Assembly (NCBI GenBank): GCA_040954595.2
Contig: CM082577.2
Location: forward strand, 19,380,303-19,444,302
Length of the DNA stretch: 64,000 bases
Source of the DNA: Balanoglossus misakiensis
Lineage: Eukaryota; Animalia; Hemichordata
Direction of reading: 5' to 3'
The notes under the pieces are model-generated. The model had not been told where the DNA came from and searched no databases. It saw only the letters and a list, made by a program, of their open reading frames with translations. Position numbers and translations under genes: made by a program. Below, piece after piece: positions 52,159 to 64,000 of the stretch (position 1 is its first letter; each line of letters opens with the position of its first letter).

Positions 52159-53328
52159 GGGACCGTTCAGTTTTTACGGCCGGGGGGGGGGGGGGGGGGC
52201 GGCAAGTTTGGGTCATCGGTTTTCAAAATCAGGCCGACCCCCCCCCCCTTCACCCAGCACCAAAAAATGATGACCCCCCCCCTTTGACAGACCCAAAAAT
52301 ATGATGACCCCCCCCCCACGCTGAAAACATTCGCCGTCCTGATCCTATGCACACTGTACAATAAAGGGAATGAGACTCCTCACACTTCAATTATAAATTT
52401 CTTAAAGTAAGTATATAATAGTATATTGTTGCAATAAAAAAATCTATGAACAAAATAAAATGACAAGTCAATACAATATTTGTTAGTATTGGCAAAACAA
52501 GAAAAGTGGCGGGGGTGGGGGGGGGTGGCAAGTTTGGGTCATCGGTTTTCAAAATCAGGCCGACCCCCCCTAAGAAAATTTTGTAAAATACGGTGCTCAA
52601 AGTTGCATTTTAATGAACTCAAAAGCAAATTAACTCAATGTTAGGCAGGACAAATTTTAATTTTGCCACTCCACTCAAAGTAAGCATCAGGGTGGGGTGG
52701 GAAGAAGTCTGCCCCGGTACACTAGACAAACCAACGAATAAATGATATGTGGCGAAGAATGGAGGGGGTGGGTGTAGAAAGAAAATTGTGTAAAATATGT
52801 AGCTCAAAGTTGCATTTTTATGAACTCAAAAGCAAATTATCTCAATGTTTGGGAGGACCAATTTTACTTTTTGCCACTCCACTCAAAGTTAGAAGATTTG
52901 ACGTCATCTTCGTCATGACATCATGTATTAAACTTCTAGTATATAGAAGATGCAGCACGAAACTATCAGTTATGTGAAATGGTTTAAACGATTATTCTCC
53001 TTTATGTATTTACTTTGTTAAACAAATATTATCATCGGTGGGGTTGGGGTGGCAAGCACTCTGCCCTGGTACACTAGACAAACCAGCAAAAAATGTGGCG
53101 GAGAATGAAGGGGGTGGGTGTGGGAGGGGGTGTCCCCCTCCCACATTAGAAAATTTTGTAAAATAAAGGGTGCGAAACTGCAATTTTGTTAACTCAAAAG
53201 CAAAAGTTCGGTGGTAAAAGTATGTGACCCCCCCCCTAAACGTTTAAAAAACCCAGATGACCCCCCCCCCCTTGTGGACTTCAAAATTTAAGTGACCCCC
53301 CCCCCTGGATTTTGCCGCCCCCCCCCCT
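52159..53328 (+). mobile_element. Longer, 3'-truncated copy of the Tourist-like MITE
   Basis: Same TIR and body as 46451-47353, with additional internal repeats. Confidence 0.75.
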
Positions 53329-55494
53329 CATCATGCGTGATCCAGGGTCATGACCTTTTGTCAGTGTAGACACAGTGGAGGGACTGTGGTGTAGACTAGC
53401 GCATTGCTTTTCGACCTCAAACCATCTCAAAAATCAGTTTGTTTGTGTGTGTGACAGAAAAGTAATATACATGCACTCCTGGAAAATCCTGAAAACTAAC
53501 TTGGAAACTTTTTTGTCGTGTAATTATTCATTGTTTTTCCAGATAAAAGGTTGAGGTTTCGATCTTTTGTGGTTTCGTTGTGCGCGCGCGTATATTCACT
53601 GTGTATATGTAGCAGTTTGGCATGAATCGTTTGCGCGCACACGACGTCGACTCTACCACTACATAGTACCAGGCCGCAGACCAGGAACTGGCGACCCGCC
53701 GTTTGTTTCCAACGCCAAATTTGATTCTAATGTTGAATTTCCGAGAAAACAATTTATCTGACCTGTAGTTTTCTTGGCTCACTTACGTTTTAATTTGGAA
53801 ACTTTTAAAAAAATCATACGCCACCGTCTTGATGACTGGCCCCTATTTTAATAATGGTTTCGTCGTTTCGCAAAGTATAACTAGCCTAACTAGCGTACCC
53901 TTGAAGTCACTCACATAAACTGAACAATGGTGATTGGGTGTATTAAAGTTTTTTAATATTTATGTTGATCAGTTGAGTATGATGTTGTCTAACTCTAAAA
54001 GAGGTTGTCATGATATTTTATTTAATGACAAAAAGACCAACTGTATGTGCATCAAATATGATTCTTCTATGATCCTCGCATTCCATCTGTTTATCTTAAT
54101 GGAGTTAAACTAGCATTTGTAACAAAGAAAAAGCATCTGTATTTACCCTCAACAATCATCTCCATGATGATGATGATATTGAGCGACAGATGCAATGTTT
54201 CTATGTTTCAGCTAACATGCTTAAACCCTGGTGCGGGTTATAAAAGGCCCCCCAAATCAGTGGTGAATCTTAATGCCGTTTGACTGACATCAGGCAACAC
54301 CAACAATCTTGGCTCTACGAAAATCGGCCAAAACAGGTCCAAGTATAAAGAATTTCACCACACCACGATAGTAGTTGGCTTTATAAACACACACAACGCC
54401 ACTATGTTAGTTGTTACTAGTTTGACCCTTGACCTCACTACCCACAATGCTTTGCCTGTGGCGTAGCTTTCTCTCTCTCTGCTCGTCCGCCATCTTGTAA
54501 CTAGCGGTATAGTGCATTCGTAATAAAACCGTTCATGTTATCGACCTTACGTGCCTGGTTGTAGTCTTTGCTGGTGTCTGACAACACAGTGGTTGTGTCC
54601 ACGTTGGCGCAACATAAAGTTATCGACGAAAAAGTACACGAGCTTTTGAAACAACGATGATTTTGGGAGAAATCTGGCTTCAGAGCTTTTCAGAATGGAT
54701 CGCGTCCCTGGGAAACACGCCATTCAAACAGCTGTCAATCTTTCAGAGACGCGCAGAGGTGTTTATTTGCGATGTACATGAGATCAATTACACTACAAAC
54801 AAAGAGTAGATGCTTTGAGAGATCTTAGTTGTCCCAACTTTGCCGCAATTATGGACAGTGTTTCAAGCTGGTGTTTATAATGCCATCAGGCATTAATAGA
54901 CAAAAGACAGGAGTTGTGAACAGACAACTTTTAATGAACCGCCATCTTAGAAGAATGTACTAGAACACAACAGTGACGTCATCATGAGCCTCACTTTGGG
55001 GTCACGGCATTATTTAAGATGCACTGTACATAATGCAACACCCTTTCTCTTTTGAAAGAGAAACAAAAAGACTGAGAGTCTGGCAAGTGTCTCTTTAAAA
55101 GTCCTACGCAACAACACTTAAGCAAACTTCGAACTTTGAGAGAAAACACGTTTGTCAAAAATCAGAACACTGGAACTTCAAAACGACATGAGAAACACTA
55201 TCAATCTTGCTGCATGCTTGAAAGAGCGTCCGTATAAGCAGCAATCAAACAAATCAAGTGTCAAATGTTATTTGGTATAGTCACTCAAATAAACAGGTGG
55301 TTTGATAGTGAGACCACTCCTAGACTACATGGGAGTTGTTTGTGGTGTAGACAACTTCGCGGGGAGTGTTGACATCACTGGAGAACATACAGGTGTTTTC
55401 TCAGTATAATGGGACTGTACAGGCTTTGAAACACAAGTCATCGGAGATTTCTGTTGCGTTGAGCTGTACAGAGTGCTAGTTGGGTTGACTGGCA

Positions 55495-58400
55495 TCACAC
55501 TCTGCTCGGTGGTTTGCTGGTTTTCTTCAGATGTGCTCTGTTGCGTCTGTATGTCACATCTGAGGTTTCCACTTCATAAGATCTTTCATCGAGATGACGA
55601 GACACAACTGCTTTCTGCCATTCTTTCCGTCCGAGGGTGAATGGTTTCATTCTGACTACATCTCCTTCCTCCAATGGTTTCAGATCACTGGTATTTCGGT
55701 TGTAGTATGACGCTTGTCTTATCTGTTTCTGCTGTAGGTTTCCCCTCTCCAGGGCTGGATTTACTGCTCTAGGCTGTAATAGGTTACCCTTTGTTGGGAG
55801 TAGTGTTCTGGTTCTCCTGTTCATCAGGAGTTGAACTGGACTTGAACTCATTCCTTGAGTCGGTGTGTTACGCTGGTCCAACAGTGCGAGGTACTTGTCG
55901 CTATTGGCTTTGGCGGACTTTCTCAGTATGTTTTTCACTTTCTTGACGGCTGATTCCACTTTTCCGTTCGCCTTGCTGTTGTATTGGCTGGTAGTCACAT
56001 GTTCAAAGTCCCACTGTTTTGCAAATGTTGCAAACTCGTCGGCAATATACTGCGGGCCATTGTCCGAGATCAGCTGTTCAGGTATTCCATGTCGTGCGAA
56101 ATGACATTTCGTTGCTCTAATCACTGTTGACGACTTGGTATTTGGCAACTTATCAAGCTCATAGTAGTCGCTGTTAGTAGTAATCTACAGTTACCAGGTA
56201 CTCTTCATTGTTGTATGTAAACAAATCAGATGCCACCTTTTGCCATGGTCGCTGGGGAATCTCATGGCTCATCAAAGTTTCCTTCGGCTGGGCAGTTTCA
56301 AAGGATCGACAGATTTCACATGAGGAGATGTGATTCTTGATGTCTGAGGTCATTCTTGGCCAGTGTAGGCATTCACGGGCTCTACGTAGACAACCGTCTA
56401 TCCCAAGATGTGATGAATGAATACGATTCATCATATCTTTTCTCAAACTCTGGGGGATGATGACTCTTTCTCCTCTGAAGATAAGGCCATCTTGAACGGA
56501 TAGTTCATCTCTCAGGTTGAAGTATGGTATGACCTGTGTAGGAAGCAGTTCCTTAGTCTCAGGCCATCCCTGAAGGACCGCACTTCTCAGCATTCGTAGG
56601 GCTTCATCTTGCTCAGTAGCACTGCGTATTTCAGTCAATCGTTCCTGACGTATGGGTAGGAAACCAACCATGTTGACTCTATCAAACATAGTTTCCATAG
56701 TGACGTCAGTGGGTAGATACGCTCTGGATAAAGTATCCGCAAGATACATCTCTTTGCCTTTCTTGTAGACAATGTTCACATCATAGTTCTGCACGCGAAT
56801 CATCATACGTTGCAGTCTCTTCGGCGCTTTATGTAATGCTTTCTTCTAGATCATTTCTAGTGGTTTGTGGTCGCTATACACTGTGGTGTGACGGCCATAT
56901 GTGTAGTCATGGAATTTCTCCAGTGCGTAGACTACAGCTAACATTTCCTTTTCTATTTGTGCATACTTGACTTCAGTCGGCGTCAATGCTCTGCTGGCAT
57001 ACGCAATAGGTCTTCCATCTTGCATGATGGCTGCACCAAGACCAGACTGGCTGCTGTCACACTGTATTTCCAGATTTTTGTCAGGATTGTATTTAGGCTA
57101 ATACAGGGGTCGTTGTGATCAGCGACTTGAGCTTAGCAAAAGCTCGTTCATGGCTTTCATTCCATTGCCATTCAGTATCATTGTGAGTAAGCTGTCTGAT
57201 AGGCTTCATTACATCTGACAGGTGTGGCATGAAACGGCTCAGGTAGTTCACCATTCGATTGAGACTCTGAATATCTGCAATATTCTCAGGTCGTGGCATT
57301 TTCGTTATCGCCTCAACTTTCTTAGGGTCGGCTTTCAGGCCATCTTTGGTCAACAAATGTCCGTGAAAGGGAATCGTTGGACATCGTAGCTTGAACTCAT
57401 CAGGATTCAGACTGATCCCTTTTTCTCGACATCGGATCAAGAACTTCTCTAAGTTCGCATCGTGGTCAGGGTCATCTATGCCTTTGATAACAATATCATC
57501 AGCAACACAAAGTACGCCAGGTAAACCTTCAAGAGCTTGGTTTAACCGGAAAATCTCACTGGACACCTTTAAACCAAAGGGTAATCTCAGCCAACGGTAT
57601 CTTCCGTATGGGGTGATGAAGGTAGTTAACAGACTGGACTCTTCATCAAGGACAAGGTGCCAATATGCTGATGACAGATTAACTTTCGTGAAGACTTTCG
57701 CATTAGACAGCTCAGGCAGGAGTTCATCCAAGGTAGGGAGCTGTTATCTCTCTCGCTTTAGGGCTTCATTGAGCGGCTTCGGGTCAATACAGATTCTGAT
57801 GTCACCATTTTCTTTCGTAGAAGTGACAAATTGGCTAGTCCAGGCAGTAGGCTGATCTACTGTGGTCAGTACGTCAAGTTTCACCAGGCGGTCAAGTTCC
57901 ACTTTCAACTTTTTTCTCACAGTGTTATGATATGCCTATAATCTCACTATAGCATACCACATGCAATGCTTTGATAGAGCGCCCTCTAGCAGAGTTCATA
58001 TGACATTGTAAGGTCATGTTTTTCCCGCGTTCGTGGCTGCCATCTTGTACTAGCAGAACGTACAGTTGTTGTGTTCGTGTTCCAGTTGAAGTTTCTCATT
58101 AAACGAGTTACACAAAACGTTACCTGATCTCACCGAGTCAGTAAACATAACACACAGAGACAGGTCCGGAGCGCGCTGGTAGGGTTACAGGTACTACATT
58201 CGGATCAACATGAAGATGGACTTCACCTTCCAGCCTTCCAAGTTTCTTGGAAAAGACATCTGGGTATTTAGCAATCACCTCTTCTTTGCTGCATGTCTTC
58301 ACAGCGTTGACTGCTTTAAAGTTCTCTTTGTGTACAGAGAGTAGTTTCATCTGCTCAGTTGTGCGGAGACCGAGTAGGGGAGTCAGGTCTTCACTGACTA

Positions 58401-58659
58401 CAACAAACTCCACAGAATACTTCGTGTTTATCTTGGGGTTGTGTACTATCAGGCGAGATACACCAAGAGGTTTCACAGTTGTACCATTCCACATGACAAG
58501 TGTTTTTGCACAAGGTTTCACTTCTTGTTTCTGGAGGTACTTTACAGGTAAGATGCTGACTGTTGCTCCACAGTCCAACTGGAAATTCACTGGCTTTCCA
58601 TTAACAAGCATTTCAGCATGTGCTTCTTTATCACTGGTGCGAACTGCATTTATTTTCAC
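55495..58659 (-). pseudogene. Gypsy 2 pol (PR-RT-RNase H-IN) with stops, frameshifts and a solo-LTR insertion
   Basis: FQLDCGAT protease; RLPFGL..VADD RT; RNase H at ~56810-57090; HSSHLG..CEIC integrase zinc finger; ISDNGPQY..NGKVE core. Confidence 0.93.
57923..58152 (+). mobile_element. Solo LTR of an unrelated family inside Gypsy 2 pol
   Basis: TGTTATG..CATAACA with 5-bp TSD CACAG at 57918-57922 and 58153-58157. Removal restores PVSV|RKKLKVELDRL. Confidence 0.9.
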
Positions 58660-58677
58660 AGTACTTATCCACTCACT

Positions 58678-59448
58678 TCATTCAGAGTCACTGCCACTAT
58701 CTGCTTCATGGACAGCATGAGTTTTCTGTGGTTTGCCACACTTTTTGGCAAAGTGGTTTCTACCATTGCAGGACGTGCAGGTTTTACCCCGTGCAGGACA
58801 CTTTGTCTTCTCTAAGACATGGGTGTAGCCACAGAATTTACATTCAGCACTGTGTTTGGGTTCAGGCTTTCCTTTCTTGCCTTCATCCCTCTTCTTAAAG
58901 TTCTTTGGCTTCTGTTTAGTACTCACTTTGTTTACAGGCAGCCCTTGCTGTTCACCCATTGTTTTCAGTTGAGAGGTTGTAGCTTCAGCACTACGACATG
59001 TGTCAATCGCTTTACTCAGAGTCGGTTGATGTTCCTGTAGGAGACGTTTTCTGGCAGCATTGTCTCTAATGCCAATGAGTATTTGATCCCTGATCAGAAA
59101 ATCATGCAAGCATTGACAGAAATTGCATGAGCGGGCGAGATTTCTCAGATCGGTGACGTAAGCATCAACAGTTTCACCGGATTCTTGTACTCGTTTGTTA
59201 AACAAGTAGCGTTCATAGGTTTCATTGGTCTCACCAATAAAATGGTCATCAAATTTTTTCAGTACAGTAGCAAGCAGAGTTTTATCTTCTTCAGCCTTGT
59301 AGTCAAAACAGTTGTATATCTTGAGCGATTCTGAGCCAATCGAATGCAGAAAGGGGGCGAGCTGGTACGCTGGGGCTTGAAAATTCAGCTGTGTAATTAT
59401 GCTGTAATTTTCCCACGTTTGCTTCCAAAGTTTCAATTTTTCCACCAA
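58678..59448 (-). CDS. Gypsy 2 gag
   Basis: WKQTWENY..NETYERYLF..LRNLARSCNF..IRDQIL..CKFCG..CPARGKTCTSCNGRNHFAKKC. The true start is probably upstream or frameshifted. Confidence 0.88.
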   Translation of the reverse strand: MVEKLKLWKQTWENYSIITQLNFQAPAYQLAPFLHSIGSESLKIYNCFDYKAEEDKTLLATVLKKFDDHFIGETNETYERYLFNKRVQESGETVDAYVTDLRNLARSCNFCQCLHDFLIRDQILIGIRDNAARKRLLQEHQPTLSKAIDTCRSAEATTSQLKTMGEQQGLPVNKVSTKQKPKNFKKRDEGKKGKPEPKHSAECKFCGYTHVLEKTKCPARGKTCTSCNGRNHFAKKCGKPQKTHAVHEADSGSDSE

Positions 59449-61489
59449 ATCCGAGCTACTAGACAGGTCTAAATGAGACAGGGGTTGGATTTCTGGACCG
59501 GATGGGCATCGTTGGCTTGTATATTCTCTTCAGGAGATTCATGGGCATCGTTGGCTGGTACATTCTCTTCAGGAGATGCCATGGCGATTGAGGAGGGTTG
59601 TGTTTCAGACACAGACTGGGCGGGAAATCACCAGCGGAAAGTTATTCGATTGTACTCACGATCGATTTTTACACGTCAAATCTTCGTTTTCAGTGTTCAG
59701 ACAGTCATCAAGTCAGGCTATGCTCGTTTCGAACCGCTGCCACCATGTTTCAAGCTGGTGTTTATAATGCCATGAGGCATTAATAGACAAAAGACAGGAG
59801 TTGTGAACAGACAACTTTTAATGAACCGCCATCTTAGAAGAATGTACTAGAACACAACAGTGACGTCATCATGAGCCTCACTTTGGGGTCACGGCATTAT
59901 TAAAGATGCACTGTACATAATGCAACAGACAGCACCATGAAAAGACTATGATGCAAAACAACAGGCGTATGTGGAGCGAACAGTCTAATTGTAGCCAAAG
60001 TTATACTCGCGCACGTGATACAACTGGTTGATTCAAACACACTTCACTGACTTTCACCACGGTTGACAATCATATAAATGTGGTAAATTATGACTCCACT
60101 TACAGAAAACATAGTCACGCTACTTCTTCAACATGTACTAGTACTATCTATGAAAAACATAAACCTGATACTGTACAGTCTCGCTAAAGCTAACTTTTCG
60201 AATGTTCGTGGATAGTCTTACATATGGTGAGAGTGTCCGAGTAGTGACCACAGCGCACGCCATGCCAGTAGGACCTCGACTAATGACTCTCAGTTGCTGA
60301 TCGTGAGATCATTCGTTGAACTTCAAGGCGCAAACTCGCACCACACTGTCGAAGACACGAGAAGGGCAACAATTACGAGAAATTTATTTACGTCAGTTTG
60401 GAAAAATGGTATTTTAGTTTCAGCTAATCATTGCTGAACTGACTAGGGAGTATCAAAACCAGTCACGTGTTTGAGTGCAATCGTGATTGGGAACCTATCG
60501 AGCAATCTAACACACACAGACTCACATTTGGTCCATTGTTCTCAGACTGACATTACAATATCATTAGACATTTCGCACGGAGGACCGTGGACAATGATTC
60601 TACTAGCCTATTTATTAGTCTGTGGAAAATTTAAAATCCGCCAATACTTCAAGTTTTACTCTGTCACTGGATTTTACAGCTCGTCAAACTGATGTCTGGC
60701 CAGGCTGAGTTTATTGCAATCGGTGAATCTCTTAGGAGGACTTTACCGACAACCCGCCAGAAAAGAACGGTGATTGCGCACTGCTGATCGCACTTCGTCG
60801 CTGAACAGTCAACTGCTAAAAACTAACCATAGCTCAAGTTCCAAGACTTTCAGAAAAGTATTGTGATTAGCCCACCTGGTCAAACAGATTACGCAGATAA
60901 ACTACCAACGCTTCTGACCGTTAGTTATACAGTCGTTAGGGACGACGACCACTCCCAATCACTCCCAAAAAAACAACTATACAAACACACGTTAATCCGA
61001 ACCCCCGTACTTCCCGCACCAGGGTTTAAGAGAATTTTTTTCAGATGTACTTTTGACATTAAGAGCATTCTTTTCAAAACATATTGTTATCAAATGTATG
61101 GACGCCCAATGTGGGTAAAATTCTCTGTCAGTACTATGAGGAAATTGAAAGTTGCATATAACAACGCTGCTCGTATCCTGTTGGGATATGATAGACGTAG
61201 CAGTACGAGCTCTATGTTTGTGTCGAACAGAATAGATACGTTCGATGCCCTGCTTAGAAGGCAAATTTTTGGTCTAAAGCAAAGACATTTGAACTGTCAT
61301 AATGTAATTGTGCGGTGTGTGCATGACACACTGTATTTTAATTCTGAAACGTTGTGCTTATGGAGTAAGCTTCTTTTTGTAACCTAGATGTGTACGTAAT
61401 TTTTTTCTCTCTCTCTCACCTAATTAGTCTGTCTGTAATATGGACCATGAGTCCGAAATAAAGTTTATAATAATAACAAGACAGGCAAC

Positions 61490-61717
61490 GTGCGTGGCAT
61501 AGTGCCAAATATTACCACGGAGCAGTTCCAAAATAAAATGTCCGTAAATTCAACAGTATTTTAATTTTAGTTTAAAACTGTGGTTTTACCGCACATTTTC
61601 CCTGCTGCATGCCCGGGGGCCCGTTTTACCACTGTCAGCAATGGTAAAACAGTATTTTACCATTGCTGGATTGAGCTCTTGTCCAATCAGAATGGCGGAT
61701 GGTAGCATGGTATAATA
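61490..61717 (-). repeat. Dispersed repeat, inverted copy of ~43215-43430
   Basis: ccaatcagaatggcggatggtagcatg is the reverse complement of catgctaccatccgccattctgatt at ~43222. Confidence 0.7.
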
Positions 61718-63372
61718 TAATGTCTAATTAACCATGAAAGTCGTCCAACACAGTAGCAGTCGCAGATACATTGTGTGATCAGTCGCAGATACCAATATAG
61801 ACAGTTGCAGATAGTGATTTGCAACAAAAGGGCGACTCGCACTTTCGGTCTCAGACTGTACATAAACTTTGGATATGTCATGTCATGACCCCAACTCAAC
61901 ATTGTTGTACTGAGATCGAGTCAAGTGTACAGCCCGTGTCTACAGCCGATCCGAGCGAGTTGAAATACTAAATATAGCATCAAGAACACTGTGGTCTCAT
62001 TTGGGGATGACAAAGAAATAGGTATACACCAGAATTAAAATTACAGGTGACATTGGCAAACAGATATGACCTGACCATATATTCAGTGTTCTCCCTAGGA
62101 TTTTTTGTAACATAGTGGGTAGTAACTAGTTTACATAATTTATTAAAAACTTGCATAACAATTGGTCACATAAATCAATGTATACAAATTTAATAAATAT
62201 GAAGGCTGCAAATACCGGTATGTAAGTAAGGCAGAATGACACTTCCTTTTTCATGCTTACTCTCAGCTTATGCTGATTTATCCAATCGACGAGTGTTCCA
62301 TTCAAACTGACTGCGAAACATTTTTACAAATTGAACTGCAAGAGCCGAGGAAATTTTCAAAGCATAGCGGGGACAATTAAACAATAGTGGGGACAATGAC
62401 AGCATAGTGGGGCCACTAGGCTAAAAGTGCCTGGGGAGAAAACTATTTATTGATATGAAATTTTCATCATGAAACGTTTCTGTACTGAAATAATCCTAAA
62501 ACTGTTCACTTTGATCAGGTATCAATGTAATTTTAAACATACTAAAGATATTCTCAGTATTGTGTAAAGTTTGATGATTTAAATCTTTATATAAGGGAGG
62601 TCATCAAGGGTGAATTTTGCATATGTCTTCTGGGAGGTTGGTTAGCCAATAGCCAAGTCGTTTTCACCAACCACAAGTCACTCGTTGTCGCAAAATTAAA
62701 GTGTACAATGTGTACAATTTCTAAGTAACTATCGGAGGTTTTCAAACAAGGCAAAAATATTAAAGGCTAAAAATGAAACGAAAACTTTCACAGAATAAAT
62801 ACGGCGATATTTATTAATTTCCAAACCTCACCTCGACTGGCGATTTGTTAATTTTAATCTTCCTACCGCAGCGGTACATGTCGTCTGCTCTTGGATCACG
62901 CGCAGTTTTTCACGTGAAGCAAACTTTTGGTGATGTTGGATTTGACATTCGTTCACCATACATACCGTGTACCATGTACCAAGCAGTCATGTCAATAAAG
63001 TTATACGTAAACAAGTGACCTGTCGGTCAAAAGAGCTCTGCTGACTTTAACAGTGTAACCTGGGCAATGATATGAACACCCTAGGTTTTAATTCATTACA
63101 ATTGTATTCTATTGAACAAAACCAAACATAGACATCACAAGTATTTATCCAAATTCAGCTTGATTCATTGTGCTAAAGAAAGAAAGAAAGAATTGAATCC
63201 TAAAGAACAACATCAAAAGGAAGCACCAAGGTTCTAATTTGCATATGCATGACCCCATCAAAATTCCAATTAACAAAATCAGGTAGGGGCACCATAACAC
63301 ACATTCCTACCAAATTTCAGCTCCATCGTACATGTAGTTATGGAGAAGAAGATTTTTGGCCAAAAATTCTAT

Positions 63373-64000
63373 TTAGGGCACAAGCCCAGCAGGCTTGTGC
63401 CCTATTTGTTTTACTGGGGGTTTTCTTCTACTGTCTTCTTTTTCTTCTTCTGTTGTTTTTTTGGTGAGCTAGATCTAGAAAACGGCTGAACCAACAAATC
63501 TCAAATTTGGCATAATGGTGCAGGCCTATGAGAGCCAGATCTGTACCCTTGTGAATGTTTAATTAGTCATGTGATCTGATGACCATATATGGGCAAAATT
63601 TTCAAATCGGCCTTATTTGCATATGCATGGAGATATCAAAATTCTTTTAGCAACTGTTACGGGACCATATGGCCAGGGTTCTACATGCCAAATGTCAAGG
63701 TTGTAGGCCATGTCAATTTTGTGGAGAAGATTTTTAAGTATTATTTTTCATATTTTTCGCCCAAGCCATCGGCCTATACTATACATAGTTGAGCTATGAC
63801 CACATATTATTTTGGATGAATATGCAGTCATATCATCTCAAAATCTGTTGGGCCGATCAACTCCAACTTTGGTGTGCAGCTAGCCTAGCATTTGCCAATA
63901 ATTTTAAGCGAAAAAAATTAATATGAAAAAATTGACCGATTTTTTAATATATTTTTTTAAATGAAATTTATACCTTAACTTATACCTCTATAGTTAAGCT
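63373..64000 (+). mobile_element. Helentron-type family A copy, running off the window
   Basis: Head hairpin agggcacaagcc-cagca-ggcttgtgccct after a T-run, with the body matching the array monomer. Confidence 0.8.

Larger units (their letters stand above)
54859..59927 (-). mobile_element. Gypsy LTR retrotransposon 2, near full-length but inactivated
   Basis: 182-bp LTRs at 54859-55040 and 59746-59927 (2 differences), TSD GACAG, PBS TGGTGGCAGCGGT (tRNA-Leu-like), PPT at ~55041-55054. Confidence 0.96.
54225..61025. mobile_element. TTAA-targeting TIR element (Kolobok/piggyBac-type) carrying nested LTR elements
   Basis: Perfect 13-bp TIR accctggtgcggg / cccgcaccagggt, with TTAA at 54221-54224 and 61026-61029. 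Confidence 0.8.
53945..61476 (+). mobile_element. LINE 3' fragment (Proto2/RTEX-like) split by a TTAA insertion (pieces ~53945-54224 and 61030-61476)
   Basis: DDDDIERQMQCFYVSANML|KRIFFRCTFDIKSILFKTYCYQMYG..LKVAYNNAARILLG joins across the duplicated TTAA. It ends ggaccatgagtccgaaataaag + (TAA)n. The clade is uncertain. Confidence 0.75.

Noticed and set aside
60863-61387. 174-aa ORF as a host gene
   Set aside because: It is a chimera of the TTAA element end read into the LINE ORF2 C-terminus.
62084-62445. hAT-like MITE (cagtgttctcccta..ggggagaaaacta)
   Set aside because: The TIR is degenerate and no 8-bp TSD could be verified.

Overview
This is eukaryotic, repeat-dominated animal DNA, not prokaryotic. 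An invertebrate deuterostome such as a hemichordate or echinoderm is plausible, but that is inference only. The one recognisable host coding piece is the last exon of a mitochondrial carrier of the UCP4/SLC25A27 type (3767-3838). Most of the window is deeply nested mobile DNA. It holds two Gypsy LTR retrotransposons with LTR pairs, tRNA-Leu PBS, PPT and 5-bp TSDs (15557-32582, 54859-59927), head-to-tail arrays of Helentron-type non-autonomous elements, and MITEs whose termini and TSDs fit the Academ/AcademH, MULE, Kolobok, P, PIF/Harbinger and IS3EU patterns. LINE 3' fragments are also present. Three observations stand out. (1) A frameshifted RAG1 N-terminal-like gene fragment (CND, RING, ZFA) at 11194-12161, with a CAC..GTG element carrying a 5-bp TSD 1 kb downstream. 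(2) A fold-back IS3EU-like element whose long arms each carry a 63-bp minisatellite, a CTCF-like motif and an identical SAM-like ORF. (3) A recurrent family of hairpins that share GNA loops and tandem G.A mismatches on one strand, suggesting a single-stranded DNA structure. Coordinates were read by eye. Superfamily assignments rest on terminus and TSD rules or remembered protein motifs, not on database searches.
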